In this document: positions 54,773 through 64,000 of the stretch, piece by piece
How positions within the stretch are numbered: the first letter of the stretch is position 1
Layout: each line of letters begins with the position of its first letter
Source: Lingula anatina
Lineage: Eukaryota; Animalia; Brachiopoda
Length of the DNA: 64,000 nt
Direction: 5' to 3'
NCBI GenBank assembly: GCA_051362555.1
Contig: CM120640.1
Coordinates: forward strand, 34,987,967 to 35,051,966
Notes under the pieces: generated by a model
What the model saw: only the letters and a program-made list of their open reading frames with translations
What the model was told of the DNA's origin: nothing
The model's database searches: none
Position numbers and translations under genes: made by a program

Positions 54773-57319
54773 AAATTTTCTGAAATTCAAAATTACTATA
54801 AACAGCTATATGCATCTAAAGATGACATTCTCGAAAAGGTAGATCTTGAAGTTACTTTAAAAGACTTGAAGGTCAATAAAATTAACAAAACTATTTCACA
54901 AAGACTGGAAGGAGAGATTACATATAATGAAGCTAGTGCTGCCCTTCGGGCTATGAAAAATGATAAAACTCCCGGTCCAGATGGATTCACGATTGAGTTT
55001 TTCAAATTCTTTTGGACAAATTTAGGAGCTTATTTTGTACGATCAATTAATTATGGATTTTACAGGGGCGAATTCTCTATTACACAAAGACAGGGAATTG
55101 TAAATATACTTCCTAAACCAAACAAACCACGAGATTATCTAAAAAACTGGAGACCAATCACGCTACTAAATGTAACCTATAAGATCATATCCAGTTGTAT
55201 AGCAAATAGAATAAAACCGATCCTCCCAGAAATATTGCATGAGAACCAAAAAGGATTTTTGTCGGGTAGATTTATCGGGGAGAATACAAGAATAACTTAC
55301 GACATAATTGAGGCCTGTAAAAATTATAATATACCTGGAATGATTCTTCTCATTGATTTTGAAAAAGCATTCGATTCGATTTCTTGGAGGTTTATTTATC
55401 AAGTTCTAAAGTATTTCAATTTTGGCCATGATCTCATACGATGGGTAAAAACAATGAATCAAAATGTTAACCTTTGCGTTATTCAGAACGGCATTTTTTC
55501 TACCTTCTTTAAGATAGGGCGCGGATGCAGGCAAGGAGATCCCGTCTCACCATATTTATTTAATCTATGTGCAGAAATTATGGCCATTTTGTTAAGAAAT
55601 AATAGAAACATTAAAGGAATTCGTATCAGAGAAAAAGAATATCTCTTGTCTCAGTACGCAGACGACACGGTGATATACCTTGATGGCACGGAAAATAGCT
55701 TGAAAAGCACCCTCGATCTATTAGAACAATATTTCAAATTTTCAGGCTTAAAACCTAACATAGAAAAAACAAAAGCAATTTGGGTCGGACTTAAACGCGG
55801 TTCAGACGAGGTTCTTTGCCCCGAATATAATTTGCAGTGGACAAATAGCAATTTTGTGGCCTTAGGCATAACACTTAATGCAAATTTGGAAAATATTGAA
55901 GACTTAAATTACTCGGATAGATTATTGGAAGTTGAAAAGAAAATAACGTGTTGGAATAGGAGAAATTTAACCCCTTTGGGAAAAATTACAGTAACGAAAA
56001 CTTTACTTTTATCCAAATTTACTCATTTATTTATTTCCTTACTTAAACCAAAAGATGAAACGATAAAGAGATTGGAAAACGCGCTTTTTAAATTTGTTTG
56101 GAAAAATAAAAGGGATAGGATAGCTAGGAAGGTGCTTATTCAACCAATAGAATGTGGAGGCTGTCGAATGATTGACATAGAAACGTTTATAAAAAGCTTA
56201 AAATTAACTTGGATAAGGAAACTTATGACAAAAAATGACACAGATTGGGTTAGACTTATGATAGATACACAAAATATTAATATAAATCGACTTATTGATC
56301 GGGGAGACTTATACTTGGTTAGGTGTGCGGAAAACATGACCAATTATTTTTGGAAAGAAATCGTTCTTTATCTCGGGGAGTTTAAAAGAGATATCTCAAG
56401 TTCAGATAATTTGAAAGATATTTTGAAAAAGCCTATATGGAATAGTTCAGAGGTGAGGGTAGATAATAATGATATTTATTTTAAGTCTTGGAATGACAGG
56501 GGTGTAAATATAGTAAATGACCTGTTTGAAAATAGTGGAAAACCGCATTCTTTCGAATCATTTAGTTCCCAGTATGACATTAAATGCCCGTTTACATTAT
56601 TTCTCGGAGTTAAGACTGCAATTACACAACGGTGGCCACAGCTAAGGGAAGAAAACGTCAAATTGGCGCTACCCTACAGACCTAAATTTATAGAAATAAT
56701 CTGTAAAGAATCTAAGGGATCGCGGTCAATATATGACATATTGATTAGTAATGCGTATTGTAAACCGGCAACTGAGGCTAAATGGGAGATGAAAATAAAT
56801 ATTGATGAAAATTTAGACTGGACTATGATAAATAAAAATATATTCTACTTTACGAAAGATACGACTTTAAGATGGTTTCAATATAGAATAGTACATAGAA
56901 TTATTGCAACAAATGAATTTCTTAAAAGAATTAAGGTTAAAGATAGCTCATTGTGTTCTTTCTGTGAAAAGGAAAATGAAAGCATTGAACATTTGTTCTT
57001 TTATTGTGATTTGGTTCAACCGTTATGGGAAGATTTAAAAAACTTGATAAATGAGAAAGCACTCTTGAATATTAATTTTTCTTTAGCAGATATATTGTTT
57101 TTGAAAAACGATACAAAATGTGCAGCCATTAATATACTCATACTGGTAACGAAGTATTATATATATGGAAAAAGAATGAATGAAAAAAGATTAGATTTTC
57201 AAGGTCTACAAAATAAACTAAAAAACTATTTCGAAATGGAAAAATACATATATATAAGTAATGGAAAATATGTAGAATATACTGAACGATGGAATTTGTT
57301 GGATAACGTGTTTCAGTGA
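54743..57319 (+). CDS. L1/Tx1 ORF2 reverse transcriptase fragment (858-aa open frame; first ~10 codons are host-element sequence)
   Basis: RT motifs as in the previous feature. There is no natural start because the element is 5'-truncated. Confidence 0.75.
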   Translation: MKNLFGPVLKKFSEIQNYYKQLYASKDDILEKVDLEVTLKDLKVNKINKTISQRLEGEITYNEASAALRAMKNDKTPGPDGFTIEFFKFFWTNLGAYFVRSINYGFYRGEFSITQRQGIVNILPKPNKPRDYLKNWRPITLLNVTYKIISSCIANRIKPILPEILHENQKGFLSGRFIGENTRITYDIIEACKNYNIPGMILLIDFEKAFDSISWRFIYQVLKYFNFGHDLIRWVKTMNQNVNLCVIQNGIFSTFFKIGRGCRQGDPVSPYLFNLCAEIMAILLRNNRNIKGIRIREKEYLLSQYADDTVIYLDGTENSLKSTLDLLEQYFKFSGLKPNIEKTKAIWVGLKRGSDEVLCPEYNLQWTNSNFVALGITLNANLENIEDLNYSDRLLEVEKKITCWNRRNLTPLGKITVTKTLLLSKFTHLFISLLKPKDETIKRLENALFKFVWKNKRDRIARKVLIQPIECGGCRMIDIETFIKSLKLTWIRKLMTKNDTDWVRLMIDTQNININRLIDRGDLYLVRCAENMTNYFWKEIVLYLGEFKRDISSSDNLKDILKKPIWNSSEVRVDNNDIYFKSWNDRGVNIVNDLFENSGKPHSFESFSSQYDIKCPFTLFLGVKTAITQRWPQLREENVKLALPYRPKFIEIICKESKGSRSIYDILISNAYCKPATEAKWEMKINIDENLDWTMINKNIFYFTKDTTLRWFQYRIVHRIIATNEFLKRIKVKDSSLCSFCEKENESIEHLFFYCDLVQPLWEDLKNLINEKALLNINFSLADILFLKNDTKCAAINILILVTKYYIYGKRMNEKRLDFQGLQNKLKNYFEMEKYIYISNGKYVEYTERWNLLDNVFQ

Positions 57320-57452
57320 CCTCCTCACATTGTGCTTATTTCCCACTGTATATATTTTATGTATGTTAACGAAATGCTGTATGATGATTGATATTTCTGA
57401 TATTATTGACAATAAAAAAAAATACATAAATAAAAAAAAAAAAAAAAAAAAA
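54773..57452 (+). mobile_element. 5'-truncated L1/Tx1-clade non-LTR retrotransposon with intact RT region and poly(A) tail
   Basis: Uninterrupted frame to the stop at 57319, with KTPGPDGF, KNWRPITLLN, DFEKAFDS, GCRQGDPVSPYLF, YADDT and a C-terminal CSFC...HLFFYC knuckle. Short 3'UTR with AATAAA and an A-tract ending at 57452. The endonuclease domain is missing. Inserted at a TTTT|AAAA site. Confidence 0.93.
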
Positions 57453-57574
57453 ACATCCATCGAAGATATCGCTGCATTCAACATTCATACATTATGCAAA
57501 CAGTCATTTGTCAGAGTCCTATTCAAGGGCTTATCTGTTTGCGGTTGATAATTATAATTAGCGATTTGGAAACT

Positions 57575-60500
57575 TTACATGAACGTATTCACGGTTGCAG
57601 TTATCTTCTTTGAACATTTTGGGCAATTCCTTTCATTTTGAGCGCAATTTTTGCAGCAAGTTATATGGGCACAAGGCAGAAATAAAACGGTTGCATCTTC
57701 AGTACAGGACGAGGTGAAACAACGTCTTCTTTCTTTCAGGTCACGATTTTCACGACGCAGTACTGAAAATTATGAATACTTCATTTAAATATACAATTAA
57801 CGGCCTTAGTGTTTAAACGTAAAGGATGAGTGCTGATAAGAGGGTAAAAGTGCCCACCTTTGTACATGAAAAATAAATTGTGAATGAATGAAAAAAATGA
57901 TACCAAATCAAAATTAAGGTCTTACACTTTTATGTTCCACTGTAAATTTTTTTAAATTTTGAATATCAAAAATTAATATCAAAATGACCTTGTTAAATAT
58001 TCATGAAAATGTGTTTTAGGGGAGTTCTGAAATACATTGCTACATTTCTATAGTTGTAGTAAGGTGATAACTGTGAAATTTTGAAATTGGGTACAGAAGG
58101 TGCCAGTCTAAAAAAGAAAGGCAATAAGTGGCCAGTCAATGCTTGTGATCAATATTTTGATTGCTTTATTCTTACACGTAGTGTTGATTGAAAGAAGAAT
58201 CTCACAATGACTTGAGGATAAAAGATGTTAATTTTTTTATATAAGCCCCTGCCTAAGAGAAGCTAATTTTTCATGGTCAAAAAGACATGAATATAAGGTG
58301 AGATATATTTGAAAATCAGCTTGTCTCAGGGTTGGGCTTAATATCTACCGAAACTTATTTGGACATTTTCCGTCCATATGCTAGCAGTTAGGCTTCTGAT
58401 GTCAAGGAGATAAGTGAAAACCTATTGACTTGGTAAATAGTCCAAACGAGAGACCACCAGCCTATAATTAATTACCAGACATTTACCAGATAAAGCAAGC
58501 TAGCCACTATACTGATGAGCATCTGCTAGATGGCCAGTTTGAAATCAGCGTATGCAAGGATGCACCTGATTTAATCAGAGCCAAATACAGTCAAGGCATA
58601 TACCATACTAAACCAGACCTCCCATACTAAAACTAGATCCATCAGTGGCTGGTGCTGTCAGTGTAAAGTAGGTGCCCAGACAATTGGAAGTGGTGCACAT
58701 ATCACTTCAGATCTGTGGTATATGGGGTTTGCCTTGAGGCAGGGATACAATAGAAAATTATGTTGTGGAGAAAGCTGTTTAGATGCTTCATATTTACCAA
58801 CATCAAATGATGACAGTATCAGCGAGATAGAAAGTGTTTTGGACAGCACATCTGATTGATTGTCTATTGTTTCTTATTTTTTATTCTCACATTTGTATAC
58901 TTTGTATAATGTAACTATTGCAGTGCGTTCTATACAAGGTCCATATCACACTTATAATCATATGAAATACTTTTTTTATGAATTAAGTTCAATGTCATTC
59001 TGATTATTAGCCATAACTGTTAAGATGCAAACTTTAATTTTATTCAGTTTTTACTTATACTTTATCATTATTTTGGGAGAATTAATACCTTATTTATTTT
59101 ATGATCATTGGGAACATTCCAAATAGCTATTTAGAGTGCTATTACAAATGATATTTTTGTTACTGTAACAGCTTTTTGCGATCAGCATTTTTTATATTTC
59201 TTTACAGAGCCTTTTACAAAATGTATATTAGTCATCAATTCAATTATTTAGACCAACAAATGCTGGTGTAGGAGAAAAGTTACATAAAATGAATAAATAT
59301 GCTGAAACAAGTTGTCCTAGTTACAAGACCTCCATACAGTAGAGTGAAACAGTGATGGCTTCTGTGAGAAAATACCATAATACACCACCCCTCCCTCTCT
59401 TCCCTCGGATTGAAAAAGAACAATTTTTTCCCATTTACTTGTGCCACACCACATATATTTTACATATAACTCCTTTTGGCACCACAAGACACGTTTCAAT
59501 GATTTTAGTAATATATATGCTGAAACAGGTTGCTGTCATTCATTAGACTGCATACAACAGGTAAATCTGGCTACCTCCCCCCACCCCTCCACATACAACT
59601 CATTAAAAACACTAATTAACCATGCCTCAAACCAAATAATATATTTTCATGCAACAAATATATGCATAAACTTTATAATAGCCAATTATATTAAAAACTT
59701 GACGATGGGCACTTTCCCAATGGTTACCGGCACTCACCCTTTCAGTTGAACTTCTTTTGATCAATGATATATCTTAATGAGAAAAGCTGCTATTAAATGA
59801 ATGAGAACATCTTAACTTTCCAACATACAGCAATAATAAAGAAGATTTCGTCACGATATTGTTCAAACAACTTTATTTTCAATATTATCAATGTAGGGCA
59901 TAACGTGTTAGATCTTACCTGATATTTCGTCATCACTATCGTCAGTCTCGTAATCACTTCCCTCTGAGTTCTCTATAAAAAGAGATATTTTAGAGATACA
60001 AATGCCCTGAATTGTGAAGTAACAAACAAACCGAAATACGCTCACAATATCAAGTTCTCTTAAAGTGGCATACAAACCGAGGGAGATAGTATCATAGTTT
60101 TTGTCTAAAAATATCTTGGGTAATCATCACCATTATACATGTGTATAATATTTTTCAAAACGCGATTTTAACTTCGTTTTTCGTCCGTTCTGTGCGTCAA
60201 ACGGCTTGCACGCGCACAATTCATCCACTGCGCTCGCACTTTTTACTACTAATACCATCAGGGCTACCTAACCAGAACAAACCAGTGTGGCCATTGCTTC
60301 ATTCGACGATGCAGGGGAGGATCCAGGATTATTTGAGGGGGGGGGGGGAATCCGGAACGACAGCCCTCGGATGCGAAGCCTACCATCGCCTCCTTGGTGT
60401 GGAGTTAGGGGCCTGCTAAAGGGCCCGAACATTTTCTGGTGCTTTGGAGAGCAAACAGTGCCCTTCGGTACGGTTTAGAACTATGATTTAACTAGTCAAA

Positions 60501-63126
60501 ATACTAATTTCAAGAGGGGAATATTGGTGTGATATATTTTTCAGAAACCAAATGGGGGGGGGGGGGGGGGGGGTCAGGACCCCCCACTCTGAATCCATCA
60601 ATGACATGCTATTGCACTCTCTATTATAATCCTGCTTTTATTCGTGCAAGTTTTGTGTCGTGCTGAGCCCTTCTATTTATCCTTGTCGTGTGCTTAAAAG
60701 TTTCTTCTTCCCATCGTCCGCTGCATTAATTTGTTAAATTGCACTTTTCCCGCATTTCTTCCCGCCTGTTCATTCATATCCTAGTTTCTGGGTCACGTGA
60801 CACGCAAGGTATGTTACAAACGTGGGGTGTAAATGCGATTTTTAGTTCTTTATTTTTACGTACTGGGTGTGTGTTAGACGTTTTAACATTTAAATTAAAA
60901 AATTGAAATAGATCTTGTTTTTTGGATAGCCTGGTGTGGTGAAAGTTCTCTTTTTGTGTATCATTTTCACCTAATACCGTTTTGTATGCTGCGTTTACGA
61001 TGATAAATAATTTTTCCACGAAAGCCAAGACTTTTAAAATATCAGCCAAGTTCAATCCAATCAAAAATTTTAATGCCTAGCATTAATTACCTTCAATCAA
61101 CATATTTTGTGACTTGACTTACCGGAATCAGAGCTTTGATTATCTTCTTTTCTATTAGCGTGATTTTCTTCTAGGGCAAATATTTCGTCTATTATGATTT
61201 CAGCGCTGGGAGGTTCTGGACCTGAATAAATAGCGCGGATGTATAAAAAAGCGTATATGGCATTTTCTAGAATGGCATTTTCTAGAAAATTACTGGAAGG
61301 GCTTTCACAAATGACACCCCCTTTTTAAGCAACTCTGTAAGCATCACATTCAAATTGCCCCGTTACCTTCATAAATCACAATAGATAGATTTACTTCAGA
61401 GGTTAACGGAAACTACATGCAATAACTTTAAATTACCACATGGACATTTGTGACACAGGTCAAGTAAATTGTTGAAAAATTACCTTTTTCTTTGAACGTT
61501 TTTTCCAATATTTGCCGAATTACAGCAACATCAAAACCCATTCCTAGAACTGAGCGAACTGCAGGTGACTTCATGGTAGATTCCATGGTCGTTTCCTAAT
61601 TTAATTTTAATTTAAAAATGGTATACTAAAACACAATGTATGTGACATATGCTAAAAACGACAAACAAAATAAAACACATATCTGATTTGCAATTTTTAA
61701 ATTATGCGATAAAGAAAATATGCATGAGAAAAAAATAACCCTCACCACTCGGAACAACAAAAACATTATTATAAACTATGTCAGATTCCTACAGGCTTCA
61801 CTTGTAAAGTGAAGTACATGTAAATTGTACTGTAACGATCAATCCAGTAAAAGGTCTACACATGCAGATCCTGGCCAAATTCTCTTACCTTGGTAGGCGA
61901 TGATTTTCCTTTCCCTTGGATATCCCTAATGAAGTCCACGCCTTTACATTGTTTGACAAACCCGCATTTAGGAAACCAATGTGCATGTTCTACCCATGGA
62001 TCATCTCCTTGTGCCCAATTACCTAACTCTCCATTGCAGAAAAAACACTAAAAAGACGAAAAAGTACCATTTAAAATGTACTGCAATATTATGTAATGCG
62101 TTTCTTACAGTTTTAAGCGTAAAGTCGATCTAAGACTAGGGTAACATTTTATTGACAATCAATATCATACTTTTATTTGAATGCGTCGATTTTCAAAACA
62201 GAAAAATTAACTGTCACGTTCATAACATTAACTTTTGTTCTTGGCAATCTTAGTCTCAGGAAATTAAGTATCGTTTATTATTGCTATTAAACTCATATTT
62301 TTGTTCATTCATTTATCTATTAGATCTATCTATTCAATTACCAATCTAAACTACAAATTCTGTGTCATACCTTAACTTTATCATCGTAGCCTGCATAAAA
62401 GAATCCAGCGTGTGCCAGTTCTGCAGGAGTCTGGGACTTGCCTCTGGGCCAGTTGGTAAAGGACCCAATTCTGAACATTTTAAAGGCAAAGTGTTGGTTC
62501 TTTGGCCTTTCAAACACTATGGGGCTCTCCTCTGAAGGCGCCAGCAGGGTTTCTTGCAAGTTTGACTGGTTGACAAAACTGCAAAGTGGAAAGTGTCGGC
62601 GGTGTTCAGCCATTGGGTCTTCCCCGGTTTCAAAGTTGCACATCTTCCCTTGGCAAAACACGCAGCGCACCATGTCTGTTCTTCCAGTGAATACAAACCC
62701 TGCTTCTGCCACAGCCTGCGGGTGTATGTCGCTATTTGGCCAATTGACAAACGTCTCTAATCTTGCCCACGTGCCTTGGCGGTAGTAAGAATCGCTTCTA
62801 GATTCACATTTAGCAAGATCCTCTTCAGGTCTGGGAGAAGGTGTTGATAATATAGGTACATTACTGTTGCTCAGTCCATTGATATAATCGCATGTCGGAA
62901 AATGCCTCTTGTGTTCTAACTCTGGGTTGTCTCCCGGTTGCCAGCTCTGCAAACGTCCATTGCAAGAGAAACAAATGACCTTGTCACCCTCCCCAGAATA
63001 ATAAAATCCTGCTCGGGCAAGACGCGTTGCTCCCACAGGTGCGGTTACAGGCCAGTTTTGAAACGACTTGACCCTCAGCGCTTCATACTGCATATCTTCA
63101 CCAGGACTAAATGGGGGCCGGTCCAT
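57575..63126 (-). CDS. Inhibitor of apoptosis protein (BIR1-BIR2-BIR3-UBA-RING; XIAP/Diap2-like architecture), ~455 aa
   Basis: Exons: 63126-62371 (BIR1, BIR2, start of BIR3), 62047-61889 ([28 protein letters not shown]), 61595-61484 (UBA, VLGMGF), 61221-61123, 59972-59919 (acidic linker), 57762-57575 (RING ...[14 protein letters not shown]...CPKC...TVNTFM*). Phases are compatible (1368 nt). Extra micro-exons in the linker cannot be excluded. Confidence 0.9.
58478..58738 (+). pseudogene. Degraded DNA-transposase C-terminal/SWIM-like fragment (PIF/Harbinger-ISL2EU-type, tentative) in the last IAP intron
   Basis: [36 protein letters not shown], then a frameshift to QSRH, then [32 protein letters not shown]. 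This resembles the GWYCxCKxGARxxGxCAHxASxxWYLG pattern I recall from such elements. Confidence 0.55.
60312..60603. mobile_element. hAT-like MITE in an IAP intron
   Basis: CAGGGGAGGATCCAGGA start, G-runs, and a degenerate ...CTGAATCCATCAATG end. TSD not clean. Confidence 0.55.
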
Positions 63127-63543
63127 TTTTTAAACGTTCACGTTATCACTAGAATTAGACATTTAATTGACTAGCATATCCCACTTAATGACCCAACAGT
63201 GTTTTTGGGTAATATCTGGATAGGGAAAGGGTTTAATCACTTTTTGAGCCGATAAAAAAGAGTTATCGTTGTTATTTTGAATAACATGGATCCATACAAA
63301 GTTAGTGGTTAAGTCTCCTGTCCTAAGAAGGGAAATTTTTAAGTGTTTTCGTCTTAGAACGTCGATCGCTGTTAGTTCTGAAATGATGAGAAATCGAAAT
63401 CATTAATTAATATATCAGGAAAGATCTAATCAACTAAAATCCATCGCGTTCAATACTGTTACTACGCACATACATGAACTTATTTTATTAACCACAAATG
63501 TCTCCGGTTTTTCATCCCAATATCTAATCAGTTATGATAATAA

Positions 63544-63790
63544 TAGGGGAGACCGGGGCTAGTTGGACCCGGGGGTAAGTTGGCCCTTGTCAATTTATGA
63601 AAAAGTTACTACGGGGTAAAAAATTTGATCATTTTGTAAAGTGACTGTATCCAATAATGCCAGGAAAGCGGCGGTCGTAAAAAAAGTTTTATTTAGGCGG
63701 TGAGCCCAACTAAAAGAATTCTGCATCCTAAAATAACTTTATCAAAGATGATTTAAAATCTGTTTTCATAGGCTTTTAATTGATTATAGT
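63544..63790 (+). mobile_element. Left end of a probable non-autonomous DNA transposon, followed by the L2/CR1 fragment
   Basis: TAGGGGAGACCGGGGCTAGTTGG...GGGGTAAGTTGG is a TIR-like start with internal direct repeats. The partner TIR is not in the window. Confidence 0.4.
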
Positions 63791-63796
63791 ATATAA

Positions 63797-64000
63797 CCAC
63801 TGAAAAAGCAAGGGCTGTGTAAAAATGTCCTGAAAAACTATAGACCAATATCACATCTACCTTTCTTAGGTAAATTCCATGAAAAAATGGCATGTTCGCA
63901 ACTAAGTAGTTATCTGGCTGAAAATAAACTCTTTGGGAAATTTCAGTCTGTCTGTAGAGAAGGCCACAGCACTGAGACAGCTCTACTTCGAGTCCACAAC
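63797..64000 (+). mobile_element. L2/CR1-group LINE reverse transcriptase fragment, running off the window end
   Basis: Open frame PLKKQGL...LKNYRPISHLPFLGKFHEK...FQS.CREGHSTETALLRVHN, the typical NYRPIS / HSTETAL RT motifs. Confidence 0.85.

Noticed and set aside
54740-54800. Head-to-head fusion of two LINEs by twin priming
   Set aside because: The minus-strand element's frame resumes beyond the L1 poly(A), so simple nested insertion explains the junction better.

Overview
AT-rich, intron-rich animal genomic DNA, most likely from a marine invertebrate (the channel motifs look lophotrochozoan; this is inference). There are no prokaryotic features. I reconstructed by hand, from GT-AG sites and reading phase, four spliced minus-strand genes. 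Three are tandem paralogous anion-type Cys-loop (GlyR/GluCl-like) channel subunits, each with 8 coding exons (5572-10517, 12958-23995, 31983-49837). The fourth is an inhibitor-of-apoptosis gene (BIR-BIR-BIR-UBA-RING, 57575-63126). Between channel 3 and the IAP lies a nest of three LINEs: a young L1/Tx1 element inserted antisense into an RTEX-like element, which abuts an older relic of the same group. Introns and spacers hold many non-autonomous DNA transposons, transposase relics and microsatellites. The most notable signals are the non-canonical agonist pocket and pore of the channel trio, a ~100-nt pore-coding tract nearly identical at silent sites between channels 2 and 3, an atypical IAP RING, and a regularly spaced triplet of tRNA-like Pol III promoter units.
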